Source: Candidatus Poribacteria bacterium (GTDB lineage Bacteria > Poribacteria > WGA-4E > WGA-3G). From it: a DNA stretch of 64,000 nt. Each line of letters begins with the position of its first letter. The first letter of the stretch is position 1. The stretch covers positions 4,160,001-4,224,000 of the forward strand of contig OZ240248.1 of assembly GCA_965198235.1 (NCBI GenBank), read 5' to 3'. This document shows positions 28,644 through 38,526 of this stretch, one piece after another. Position numbers and translations under genes: made by a program. The notes under the pieces were generated by a model. That model saw only the letters and a list, made by a program, of their open reading frames with translations. It had not been told where the DNA came from and did no database searches.

Positions 28644-31600
28644 TCACATCTTTGGCAGTGTGGGCAAGGTCAAGCGCGGACGTTCACCGAAATCGGGGAC
28701 TTCGGGCGGATTCTCTTCCATCTGTCGGAGGAGTTCTTCAATCGCGCGGTCAAGTTGCGGGTCATCTTCTGTCGCATAGTCTTGCGGACGATAGTCCACC
28801 TCAATATCCGGATCCGTCCCGTAGTTCTCAACGCTCCAACCAACATCAACGAACCAGAAAGAATACTCCGGCTGCGTTGTGCCACCTCTATCCACAAACG
28901 CCTGATGCGGTGAGATACCGATAACGCCACCCCATGTCCGTTTCCCGATGAGCAATCCCAACTCCATCAGCTTGAAGCAGTGCGAGAAAATATCGCCATC
29001 GGAACCAGCGTTTTCGTTCGTGACAGCCACCATCGGACCCAAAACGGAAGCGTCTGGATACGGATGCGGCGTGCCCCAACGCGGAACGTCATACCCAATG
29101 CGCCGGCGAGATAACTTCTCTAAAAGCAGTTGCGAAACATGTCCACCGCCATTGTAGCGCACATCGACCAGCAGACCGGGATAACTCACCTCGGCGAGAA
29201 AACCGCGGTGAAATTCCGCATACCCGCGCCGCCCCATGTCAGGAATATGGACATACCCGACTTTACCATCCGTCTTTTCATGGACATACCGCCGATTTTT
29301 GGAGACCCATTCTCGATACCAAAGTTCGCTTTCGCTTCCGAGCACCTTGAGTGTAACGACGCGTTCCTCACCATCGTCCGCACTTTGGAACGTCGCTTGA
29401 ACCTCCTGATTTGCGAGACTCACGAGCAGTTCACCCGGCGAAACCGTTTCACTGACACGTTGTCCAGCAATAGCAAGCAAAATATCGCCTTCGCGGATAT
29501 TAATCCCCGGGGCATTGAGCGGCGAATCCTTCGTCGCCTCCCAGCCATCGCCGCGCGGGATGTGCGTGATACGATAACCATTGATCTCGGCATCGTAAGC
29601 AAAATCCGCACCGAGAAACCCCTGGGCGTAATTCGGCGAACTCCGATAATCCCCACCCATTTCATACGCATGCGAGGTACCGAGTTCTCCCTGCATCTCC
29701 CACATCAAGTCCGAAAATTCACCGCGCGTCGCAATCCGTTCAAGGAGCGGCAGATAGCGTTGATACACATGCTCCCAATCCACGCCAGACATATCCTCTG
29801 TCCAGAAGTATTCCCGCTGGAGCCGCCATGCCTCCCGATACATCTGATGCCACTCAGCCGTCGGAACGACGGAGGCTTTGATACGATTAAGGTCGATCCA
29901 ACCGGTCTGTCGGCTCGGACCACCTCTGCTCTCAGACTTGGAGTCCCCCTCAGCCTTTTTGCCCGCCCTGATAACACGCAATCGATTTCCAGTGGAATAG
30001 ACGAGCGTTTTCGCATCGCGCGAAAGTTGAAAGTCATTAATGCCGGAGACAAGCGTCTCCTTTTTCTGCTCTTTGAAGTCGTAGGCGTGAAGTACACCTC
30101 TCGGTCTGCTACTACTTTCATCATCATCCGGGGGTGTATCTTGTACCGGAAACGACGTAAAAATCGCTTTGCCCTCAATACCAGCGATCTGTCCATAACG
30201 TCCGTGCGGATACGGGAACGCGACGACGCGCTGCGTAATGCCTTCCAGATCTATCGTGATCAGTTTCTCCACCTTCTGCTCAGATTTCTCGTCAGATGCC
30301 TTATCCTCGTCATCCTGTTTCTTCTCGTCCTCATCCTTGTCTCCGTCTCCCTTCTCCTCCTCAAACGGACGGGGTTCAGGGATGAACGGATCGCCCAACG
30401 CCTTCTGCAAAGTTACCAACAACGGACGCATCGCCGTAGGAAACCCAAGATCAAAGTGGAGCGCATCATAGACAGGATTGAACTCGCGATAGGAGAGAAA
30501 ATAGAGATATTTCCCCTCGGGATCCCACGATGGACCAAAATCGTTGAATTCTGGATCCGTGACGAACCACGTCTCACCCGTCTCAATCTTGCAGAGTTTG
30601 ATTGAACGAGTGGTTTCCGTAGATGCAAAACTATAGGCACACCATTTACCATCAGGCGACCACGCTACATCTCGGATATTCTGATAATGCCCCTTCTCAA
30701 GCACCCGCATCTCTTGTGTCTCTAAATCGATGTGCAAAAGTTCAAGACGATTATTGATAAGAAGCAACCGATTCTTCTCGTCGCCTTCGGTTTGCGGAGC
30801 AACCGCAAGTTGCCGAACGTGTCCGATGTCAAGAGCATCAAGGCGGACAACGTCAGCACTCCCATCGCGTGTATGGATCTCAAGTGCCTCTTCACCCTCA
30901 GCATCGGAGAGAGTGACGAGACGTTTACCATCGTTGAGCCATTCAGTAAAGCGGTAACGTGTCCCACTACGCTCGCCGTGCTGGAGAACCGCGCCCTCCC
31001 AATTCGCCATTGTAAAGGATTTTCCTCGGACCGTCACTGCCAATGCGTGACCGTCTGGGGTCGGGGCATAATCTTGGAGGTAGCGCGACGAACTGACAAA
31101 CTTTCGTTGCCGCTGGGCACGCGGGCTGCGGAATTCGACTTCAACACGGGTTTCAGTGTCGCTCTCAATTTCATAAACAAACAGGTCGGCACCTGCATGA
31201 TAGACAATACGTGTGCCATCCGTCTGAGCAGAACGACAGTAGTAGGTATCCTGATGCGTATGGCGTTGAATGTCCTCACCCGTCGGGAGGCAGGAGTAGA
31301 TATTGCCAACACCTTCATGGTCGGAAATAAAATAGATACGTTCGCCGACCCACATCGGTGTCGTGAAATTACTGTCCACGGGTGCGAGAGGCTGAAATTG
31401 CCCATCCCCCTCCGGGTCCACCCAGATTTGCCCTGCAGTGCCGCCGCGGTAGCGTTTCCAGCGCGCCGGTTCACGGGTCAATCTACCGAGTACAACGCCG
31501 CCAGTACCGCCGAAATCAATATGGTTCGCGGGACCGTAGGAAAGACGTTGCGGTTCGCCTCCGTCTGAGCAGATTTTCCATATCCATGGATCAAATGCCA

Positions 31601-31922
31601 GACCGGCACCACTCGAATAGAGAATCGTCTTGCTATCGGCATCCCAGTCGACGATAGCAGCGTTGCTCCCCTGATAGGTGAGCCGCTTCGCTTCACCGCC
31701 AAGCGCAGGCATAACATAAACCTCTGACGGACCCTCTTCACGCCCTGTGAACGCAAGTAGTTCACCATCCGGTGATAAGCGCGGAGAACTTGCTGCGCCG
31801 AGATTCGACGTGAGTCGCCTCGCAACCCCGCCTTCGACTGAAACCGTCCACAAATCATCTTCACACACAAAAACAATGGTATCCTGACAAATTGTCGGAA
31901 ATCTATAATATCCTGACATCAA
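28644..31922 (-). CDS. Tricorn protease (S41 family)
   Basis: Propeller repeats, WKRYRGG, GELGTSHAY, PDZ, DVRYNGGG, AGSDGD, GKRTWGG. Confidence 0.96.
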   Translation of the reverse strand: MMSGYYRFPTICQDTIVFVCEDDLWTVSVEGGVARRLTSNLGAASSPRLSPDGELLAFTGREEGPSEVYVMPALGGEAKRLTYQGSNAAIVDWDADSKTILYSSGAGLAFDPWIWKICSDGGEPQRLSYGPANHIDFGGTGGVVLGRLTREPARWKRYRGGTAGQIWVDPEGDGQFQPLAPVDSNFTTPMWVGERIYFISDHEGVGNIYSCLPTGEDIQRHTHQDTYYCRSAQTDGTRIVYHAGADLFVYEIESDTETRVEVEFRSPRAQRQRKFVSSSRYLQDYAPTPDGHALAVTVRGKSFTMANWEGAVLQHGERSGTRYRFTEWLNDGKRLVTLSDAEGEEALEIHTRDGSADVVRLDALDIGHVRQLAVAPQTEGDEKNRLLLINNRLELLHIDLETQEMRVLEKGHYQNIRDVAWSPDGKWCAYSFASTETTRSIKLCKIETGETWFVTDPEFNDFGPSWDPEGKYLYFLSYREFNPVYDALHFDLGFPTAMRPLLVTLQKALGDPFIPEPRPFEEEKGDGDKDEDEKKQDDEDKASDEKSEQKVEKLITIDLEGITQRVVAFPYPHGRYGQIAGIEGKAIFTSFPVQDTPPDDDESSSRPRGVLHAYDFKEQKKETLVSGINDFQLSRDAKTLVYSTGNRLRVIRAGKKAEGDSKSESRGGPSRQTGWIDLNRIKASVVPTAEWHQMYREAWRLQREYFWTEDMSGVDWEHVYQRYLPLLERIATRGEFSDLMWEMQGELGTSHAYEMGGDYRSSPNYAQGFLGADFAYDAEINGYRITHIPRGDGWEATKDSPLNAPGINIREGDILLAIAGQRVSETVSPGELLVSLANQEVQATFQSADDGEERVVTLKVLGSESELWYREWVSKNRRYVHEKTDGKVGYVHIPDMGRRGYAEFHRGFLAEVSYPGLLVDVRYNGGGHVSQLLLEKLSRRRIGYDVPRWGTPHPYPDASVLGPMVAVTNENAGSDGDIFSHCFKLMELGLLIGKRTWGGVIGISPHQAFVDRGGTTQPEYSFWFVDVGWSVENYGTDPDIEVDYRPQDYATEDDPQLDRAIEELLRQMEENPPEVPDFGERPRLTLPTLPKM

Positions 31923-32000
31923 CTCCTCCGTGATAACTTAATGAAATACAAACACAAATAAACGTAGATTGCGTTGAACTGGAAGTGAAACCCAATCCAG

Positions 32001-32807
32001 TTACCCACTTCTTTTAAGCCTGCCGACGCGTTTCGCATACTTTTCACCCAAATGGAAAATCCAAAATCCAAGTGGAATAAGTAGGACACCAATGATGAGT
32101 AGTAAAGACAGATTGCCCACTTGGCTCTCAACGGACGCGTTATCAAGCATCGCCGCACGAATCGATCTGAGTGTATACGTGGCAGGCGAAATTTTGGAAA
32201 TCGGTTGAAGCCATACCGGTAACACTTCGATTTCATAATAGATACCGGAGACCAAGAGTAGCATTGATTGAATGATACCCGTTGCGGCTTGTCCCTTCTC
32301 CGGCGAGAGCAACGGAAAGATCGCCGCCATCAGACCGATCCCGATGAAAGAGAGACTGGAGATAAGAACAGTGATCCCCATTGTTAGCCAATTCGCGTTG
32401 CCTAAGTCAATGTGTTCCCCAAAAAAGAAAGGTATTATTGCCAAAACCAAACCCGTCCGCAGCAACCCGTACAGAATCGCAAATAGACACGAACCAACAA
32501 GGTGTGTGATGCGGTAAATCGGTGCCATAAAGGTATATTCAATCGTCCCTTCCCATCTCTCCCATGTAATGGCATCGCTCACCTCACGCATCATAATGGA
32601 GAGAAACCCCCAGATTAATGCGCCAATGACGAGGTAAAGCACATCTTCACTGCTGCCGCGTCCTACCATAATCAAGCCAATCGTTAGTGCATTGACGATG
32701 GAATAACTGAAAAAGAGGATTTCCCAACTCAGATACCGCTTCAGCAGATTGAAGTTCCGTTCAATGAACGCGTAAGAGACAATCGTTTCCCGGACAAGAT
32801 TCAGCAT
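32001..32807 (-). CDS. ABC-2 type transporter permease
   Basis: WERWEGTIEY..MAP, SGIYY...LP.WLQ. Confidence 0.9.
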   Translation of the reverse strand: MLNLVRETIVSYAFIERNFNLLKRYLSWEILFFSYSIVNALTIGLIMVGRGSSEDVLYLVIGALIWGFLSIMMREVSDAITWERWEGTIEYTFMAPIYRITHLVGSCLFAILYGLLRTGLVLAIIPFFFGEHIDLGNANWLTMGITVLISSLSFIGIGLMAAIFPLLSPEKGQAATGIIQSMLLLVSGIYYEIEVLPVWLQPISKISPATYTLRSIRAAMLDNASVESQVGNLSLLLIIGVLLIPLGFWIFHLGEKYAKRVGRLKRSG

Positions 32808-32811
32808 GGCT

Positions 32812-33657
32812 TTACTCTTCCTCCTCAATCCCTTTACCTGTTAGCGCGATAAACACGTCTTCCAACGTCGCGGGCACCCCGTTTTGTAATGGGGCATTAG
32901 CGATGAGCTCCTCTACCGTCCCTTCTGCGATAAATCGTCCTTTATCGATAATTGCGATCTTATCGCACAACCTCTCTGCCTCCACCATATCGTGTGTCGT
33001 TAGGACAATAACAGCATTCCGCTCTTGACGGATCTCCTCAATAAATGTTTGCACATCACGCTTGGATTTCGGATCAAGTCCTGTTGTTGGTTCATCAAGC
33101 AGAAGAAGCATAGGGGTGGTGAGTAGGGCGCGTGCAATAGCGACTTTCTGTTGCATCCCACGCGACAGATGTTCCATTTCTTCGTTCATCCGATCTACAT
33201 CAAAACCGAGTCTTTCCAAAATCTGCTTTGATTTCCGCTCGGCTTCGGTAGCCGAAATACCGTAGAGACGGGCGGCGTAAATTAGGTTCTCTTCCGAAGA
33301 GAGACGTTTAAAGAAAGAGGCCTCAACAGAGACGCGGTTCATCACTCGTCGGACCTTCAGACTATTTGTCACTACGTCGTCCCCGAAGACATGAATACTC
33401 CCAGCATCGGGGAGTAGCAGCGTCGAAATGAGACGAATCAGCGTCGACTTTCCCGAACCATTTGCACCGAGAATACCGTAGATTTCTCCGATGTTTACTT
33501 CTAAGGAGATGTCGTCAACTGCGCGGATGACTTCCCTCTCGCGCCTGAATATATGTTGAATCTTCTGATGAAAACGCAGTTTATCATTCGTCCGCTTGGT
33601 CCGATGGAAATGCTTCGTTACCCCGCGAACAGTCAATCCATAGATAGGTTGTTCCAC
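32812..33657 (-). CDS. ABC transporter ATP-binding protein
   Basis: GANGSGKS, LSRGM, LLLDEPT, THDM. Confidence 0.95.
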   Translation of the reverse strand: MEQPIYGLTVRGVTKHFHRTKRTNDKLRFHQKIQHIFRREREVIRAVDDISLEVNIGEIYGILGANGSGKSTLIRLISTLLLPDAGSIHVFGDDVVTNSLKVRRVMNRVSVEASFFKRLSSEENLIYAARLYGISATEAERKSKQILERLGFDVDRMNEEMEHLSRGMQQKVAIARALLTTPMLLLLDEPTTGLDPKSKRDVQTFIEEIRQERNAVIVLTTHDMVEAERLCDKIAIIDKGRFIAEGTVEELIANAPLQNGVPATLEDVFIALTGKGIEEEE

Positions 33658-33696
33658 TCTTTTTCCTTTCACGAAACTGAACTGCCTCCAAAACCC

Positions 33697-33725
33697 TTGA
33701 CATTGCACACGGACTTTTATATATT
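33697..33725 (+). promoter_or_regulatory. Sigma70-type promoter
   Basis: TTGACA-17-TATATT upstream of the isomerase/oxidoreductase genes. Confidence 0.6.
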
Positions 33726-33853
33726 ATACCTAAAGTTTGTGATGATTTGGTAATTATTTTTCACTGATTTGAAACTGAGTGGTGTGCCTAACAACGACAT
33801 CCACATCTCTTACATTGTTAGGGTTTATACACAAACACAGGAGCACAGGAACA

Positions 33854-34903
33854 ATGCCGAAAATCAAAGGTCCAGCTATCTTCCTCGCCCAATTCATGCG
33901 GGACGAGGCACCATACGATACGATGGAAAATATCGGGAAATGGGTTGCAGGCTTGGGGTACAAAGGTGTCCAAATCCCCGGGTGGGACGACCGCGTCATT
34001 GACCTCGGAAAAGCTGCCGAATCCAAAACCTATTGCGATGAATTTAAAGGGACGCTTAACGAAATGGGGCTTGAAGCGACGGAGGTCGCCGGCTACCTTG
34101 CTGGACAGATCCTTGCTGTGCACCCCGCGTATGAAGTTATGTTTGAGGCGTTCCATCCTCCCGGCTTGCGAGGCACCGAAAGGACAGCGTGGGCAGCAGG
34201 CGAATTGACGAAATGTATCCACGCTTCAGTGAATATGGGACTGGATGTCATTCCTGTGCTTTCAGGCGGTTTCGCGTGGCACACCGTCTACCCGTGGCCC
34301 CAACGTCCCGATGGAATTATTGAACAGGCGTTCAAAGAACTCTCCGCACGGTGGCTGCCGCTCCTGGATCTGGCACACGATAACGGTCAGGTCTTCGCCT
34401 ACGAACTCCACCCAGGTTCGGACATCTATGACGGTGCGACCTACGAGATGTTCTTAGATTATACAAACGACCATCCCGCTGCCTGTCTCAACTACGATCC
34501 AAGCCATTTTCTCCTTCAACAACTCGACTATATCGACTTTATCAGACTTTACGCCGAACGCATCAAGGGATTTCACGTTAAAGATGCCGAATTCCGCCCG
34601 ACAGGTCGGGTTGGGGTTTACGGCGGCTATCAGTCATGGGATGGACGTGCAGCGAGATTCCGTTCACTCGGCGACGGACAAGTGGATTTCACACAAGTAT
34701 TCACACGCCTCACCGAAGCAGGTTACGACAGTTGGGCAGTCCTGGAATGGGAATGCTGCGTCAAAAGTCCAGAGCAAGGCGCGGCAGAGGGTGCGCCGTT
34801 TATCGCCAAACACATCATCGAAACGACCGATGTCACCTTTGATGACTTCGCAGGCGGAGAGACCGACACGGCACGGAATCGGGACATTCTCGGTTTGGAT
34901 TAA
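33854..34903 (+). CDS. Sugar phosphate isomerase/epimerase (IolE/AP endonuclease 2-like)
   Basis: KGPAIFLAQF, YELHPG, YDPSH, FHVKDAEF, VLEWEC. Confidence 0.92.
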   Translation: MPKIKGPAIFLAQFMRDEAPYDTMENIGKWVAGLGYKGVQIPGWDDRVIDLGKAAESKTYCDEFKGTLNEMGLEATEVAGYLAGQILAVHPAYEVMFEAFHPPGLRGTERTAWAAGELTKCIHASVNMGLDVIPVLSGGFAWHTVYPWPQRPDGIIEQAFKELSARWLPLLDLAHDNGQVFAYELHPGSDIYDGATYEMFLDYTNDHPAACLNYDPSHFLLQQLDYIDFIRLYAERIKGFHVKDAEFRPTGRVGVYGGYQSWDGRAARFRSLGDGQVDFTQVFTRLTEAGYDSWAVLEWECCVKSPEQGAAEGAPFIAKHIIETTDVTFDDFAGGETDTARNRDILGLD

Positions 34904-34984
34904 AGAGGGGTGCCGGTTTCCGGGCTGACACTCATCAGAAGGCTCTTTAACTGAATACTGACAACCGAATTGGAGTAAAGCATT

Positions 34985-36145
34985 ATGGAATCTTGGAATC
35001 GGAAATTACGAATGGGTATGGTAGGTGGGGGGCAGGGCGCGTTTATTGGTGGTGTCCATCGAATCGCTGCCACACTCGACCAGCAAATTGAAGTCGTCGC
35101 CGGGTGTTTCTCACGCGATCCAGAAAATACACGAATCACCGGGGCAGAGTTGTATCTCGATCCAAATCGCTGCTACAACAATTACGCAGAGATGGCGACA
35201 GCTGAAGCCGCACTCCCCGAAAATGAACGTATCGACTTTGTGAGCATCGTCACACCAAACATCTCTCACTTTGAGATCGCAAAGACGTTTTTGGACACCG
35301 GTTTCCACGTCGTCTGTGATAAACCGATGACTTACAGTCTCGATGAAGCCGAAGCTCTTGTAAAACTCGTCGAAGAGTCAGGTCTTGTCTTTGCATTGAC
35401 ACACAATTATACTGGGCACCCCCTCGTGCGGCATGCGCGAGCACTGTTCACTGAAGGTTCAATGGGACAAATCCGTAAGGTCATCGTCGAATACCTTCAG
35501 GAATTCCTGATGGTCCCACACGAGAAACTCGGTCAGAAACAAGCCGCGTGGCGTGTTGACCCGACGCAATCAGGTATCGGCGGCACGATGGGCGATGTCG
35601 GCACCCACTGTGTGAACCTGCTTGAATACGTCACCGGCGACCCGATCGTCGAACTTTGTGCCGACAAGAGTACTTTCCTTCCTGACAGAGTACTGGATGA
35701 GGATGTCAACGCCTTGCTCCGTTTCAAAGGTGGCGGTAAAGGCGTTTTAAGCATAAGTCAGGTCGCCACCGGAGAAGAAAATGGGCTCACACTCCGCGTT
35801 TACGCCGAACAGGGCGCAGTGAAATGGGCGCAAGAGAATCCGAACTATCTTGAACTCTATCGTTACGGTGAACCGAGACAAACACTTACCCGCGGCCAGG
35901 GCTACCTATCCGAAGTCGCGGCAGCAGGCGCACGTATTCCGACCGGGCATCCCGAAGGGTACTTGGAGGCGTTTGCAACGATTTACGTTGGCGTTGTCGA
36001 AGCCATCCGGCGATATATTGACGGCAATCCCATGGAAACCGAGGCATACGATTTTCCGACGGTCCATGATGGATTGCGAGGCATGCAGTTCATTTACAAA
36101 GCGGTTGAGTCTTGTGAGAACGGCTCGACGTGGGTTTCAATGTAA
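34985..36145 (+). CDS. Gfo/Idh/MocA oxidoreductase
   Basis: GMVGGG, VTPN, CDKP, DVGTH, GHPEGYLEAF. Confidence 0.95.
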   Translation: MESWNRKLRMGMVGGGQGAFIGGVHRIAATLDQQIEVVAGCFSRDPENTRITGAELYLDPNRCYNNYAEMATAEAALPENERIDFVSIVTPNISHFEIAKTFLDTGFHVVCDKPMTYSLDEAEALVKLVEESGLVFALTHNYTGHPLVRHARALFTEGSMGQIRKVIVEYLQEFLMVPHEKLGQKQAAWRVDPTQSGIGGTMGDVGTHCVNLLEYVTGDPIVELCADKSTFLPDRVLDEDVNALLRFKGGGKGVLSISQVATGEENGLTLRVYAEQGAVKWAQENPNYLELYRYGEPRQTLTRGQGYLSEVAAAGARIPTGHPEGYLEAFATIYVGVVEAIRRYIDGNPMETEAYDFPTVHDGLRGMQFIYKAVESCENGSTWVSM

Positions 36146-36146
36146 A

Positions 36147-36226
36147 TAGCCATCAGTGGTCAGCAATCAGCAGTCAGTTATAAGAGGTGTTAGGAATATC
36201 ATATTCTTCTTTTAACTGACAACTGA
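36147..36226. repeat. Heptamer-type repeat cluster
   Basis: CATCAGTGGTCAGCAATCAGCAGTCAGTTA...TAACTGACAACTGA. Confidence 0.6.
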
Positions 36227-36248
36227 GTACGAATAAAAGGAGACAGTC

Positions 36249-37283
36249 ATGCAAGCATCTAACTCTGAACCTTTTCGCGTCGGATTTCTGAACGTAGATT
36301 CATATTCACACATGCCGTTGTGGGCACCGCACATCAATCCGCGTGTTGGTGAGAAAGATACCGCGTTCACAGGGATGCGGATCACCCACTGTTGGGATAT
36401 TGAATACGAAAAGGCAAAAGCGGTTGCTGAACCTTACGGTTGCGAAGTCGTCAAGAATTTTGACGATATGTTAGGGAAGGTAGACGGCGTGATCTCCGGT
36501 GGCTATTATAATCATCCATGGAACCACATTCTCCATGAACCGTATCTCGAAGCGGGCTTGCCGAACCTAATCAACCGTCCCTTTGCAAACTCCCTTGCAA
36601 AAGCACGACAAATGATTGAACTCGCGCAAAAGAACGGGGCGACCATCCTTGCACCATCGAGTCATGAGCACAACGACGCCATCTCACGCGCTAAGGCGTG
36701 GGCAAGCGATAAACAAATCGTCTGCTACACGGCGACCAATTCGTTCGACGACTATCCGACACACGGAATCCACGGTCTCTATATGGTCTGTAAAGCGGTT
36801 GCAGAGGCGGGAAATCCGGTCGTGTCCGTCGCGTATCAAACGGATAGCTGGCACAGCCCGCCCGGTGTCCTCACTTTCGAGCATGTTGATAGCGACGGTC
36901 GTCAATTCTATGGGACACTCCATCAAGTGGGCGGTTCGTGGGGAACGGTGCAGATTCACACGCAGGAAGCCTATGGCGGCGAGAATTTCAGAATCTATAC
37001 CGGCACCGGTTATCCGTTCGATAAGACGGAGATTTGGTTGCCGACGATTTGGGCGTTTCAGAACATGGCACTACATAACGAGATGCCACAGACGTTTGAT
37101 CAGATTTTTCAGAAGACCAACGTCTTCCTCGCGGGCTGGAAATCGGTACTGGAAAACGATGGCAAACCTGTGAAACTAACGGATGTCGCCGAAGAATGGG
37201 AAGCCCCCGCTGAGCTGCCGAATCACCCTGATCACGACACGGTCCCACTATTTCGGAAAAAGTTCGGGGAGGCATCAGTATAA
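36249..37283 (+). CDS. Gfo/Idh/MocA-like oxidoreductase (divergent)
   Basis: DMLGKVDGVI, PYLEAG...INRPFA, YPTHGIH. Confidence 0.75.
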   Translation: MQASNSEPFRVGFLNVDSYSHMPLWAPHINPRVGEKDTAFTGMRITHCWDIEYEKAKAVAEPYGCEVVKNFDDMLGKVDGVISGGYYNHPWNHILHEPYLEAGLPNLINRPFANSLAKARQMIELAQKNGATILAPSSHEHNDAISRAKAWASDKQIVCYTATNSFDDYPTHGIHGLYMVCKAVAEAGNPVVSVAYQTDSWHSPPGVLTFEHVDSDGRQFYGTLHQVGGSWGTVQIHTQEAYGGENFRIYTGTGYPFDKTEIWLPTIWAFQNMALHNEMPQTFDQIFQKTNVFLAGWKSVLENDGKPVKLTDVAEEWEAPAELPNHPDHDTVPLFRKKFGEASV

Positions 37284-37286
37284 AGA

Positions 37287-37411
37287 TAGGACTTACGCAA
37301 CGCGCAATGAATTGCGCTACTACAAACCACACAGATTTTGAGAAACGGACATATTTCCAAGGTGTATCTATTGGTAGTAAGGCGATTTATCGCCTGTCTG
37401 CGTAAGCCCTA
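37287..37411. mobile_element. MITE family D with 13-bp TIR and 5-bp flanking duplication
   Basis: AAAGA|TAGGACTTACGCA...TGCGTAAGCCCTA|AAAGA; contains two GTAGTA-palindromes. Confidence 0.8.
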
Positions 37412-37518
37412 AAAGATATGGATAGCATCACAGATCAAGCAGGACGTGGGAAGTGCAGCTTATAATGCAGGCAAAATCGTATTGCGTTTGTGCCGTTATC
37501 CACTCAATTTAGCTATAA

Positions 37519-37559
37519 TTAAGGCGTAGTGGTGCAATTGCTGCACCACTACGCCTTAA
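37519..37559. terminator. Strong hairpin between convergent genes
   Basis: TTAAGGCGTAGTGGTGCA-attgc-TGCACCACTACGCCTTAA (18-bp stem). Confidence 0.7.
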
Positions 37560-37601
37560 CATATTTTGGAACACTATAGATGCATCAGAGAAGACTGAGA
37601 T

Positions 37602-38369
37602 CTAACGCCACGCTTTAACATTTGCCCAAGTGGTTGCAAGCTTATCAGCAGGATCTACAGGGGCAGCACTTAAGTCTTCCATACTCTTTTTAATATCATC
37701 TTCCGACAAAGCGCGATCCCATACCATGACTTCGTCAATGATACCGTTGAACTTTTGCCCCGTCGCACCCCACGAACCGACCATGGTATCACCTGCATTT
37801 CCAAGGTACTCAATCCCAGCCTTGCCAGCATCTTCAGCCACTGACTTACCGTTAATGTAAACCTGCCGGGACTTACCTTTTACATCCAGCCAGAAACAGA
37901 TATGCGCCCACTTGTCAGCCTTAACCGCATTGGGAGCGTCAAGGTCATTGCCATAAAACCCCATACGGACGGTGCCACTGTTGTAGATACGGTAGTGCAG
38001 GCTCGTATTTACGGCATTGACCTGCGTCTGTGTGAAAACACACTGTTGATCGTTTCCGCTCAACGCCGGATTGACCCACATCGTTACAGTAAAACTCTTT
38101 TCATTGAGTTCAATATAGGGTGCTTTAACCTCGCCTTGTTCACCGAACTCTAACGCTTTTCCGAATTTACCATCAACCCAATCAGCGTCTCCGACGAGTT
38201 CTCCGTCGTTCCCATGTGGGGACAGATCTTCTATCGCATCCCCCTTGCCCTCGTTGAAAGAAAGGTAGAGCAGTAACTCTTTATCCTTTATATCCAACGC
38301 TGTGGCACTGAAAGGCATCAGCACCAATCCAGCAAGAATAAAGAGAGAAAGTAACATTCGATACATCAT
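37602..38369 (-). CDS. Secreted LamG-like jellyroll protein with C-terminal VDPADKLATTWANVK motif
   Basis: Signal peptide; YLSFNEG, WVDGKFGKALEF, FNGIIDEV.VWDRALS. Confidence 0.92.
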   Translation of the reverse strand: MMYRMLLSLFILAGLVLMPFSATALDIKDKELLLYLSFNEGKGDAIEDLSPHGNDGELVGDADWVDGKFGKALEFGEQGEVKAPYIELNEKSFTVTMWVNPALSGNDQQCVFTQTQVNAVNTSLHYRIYNSGTVRMGFYGNDLDAPNAVKADKWAHICFWLDVKGKSRQVYINGKSVAEDAGKAGIEYLGNAGDTMVGSWGATGQKFNGIIDEVMVWDRALSEDDIKKSMEDLSAAPVDPADKLATTWANVKAWR

Positions 38370-38526
38370 AATAAGTTACCCCCTTTAAGATGGGCGTAAG
38401 TGATGTTCTTTTGGCTAATTTCATACATCTTAGAGTAACACAAAAATTTGGGAATATCAAGATTTTTCTTGACCGTGCAAAGTGTTTCTGTCCAAAAAAC
38501 TTCGCGGATAATACGTTAGGGTGCTA

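Noticed and set aside
29130-30605. 491-aa plus-strand ORF and other long antisense ORFs
   Set aside because: Shadow of the tricorn protease gene; no recognisable motifs
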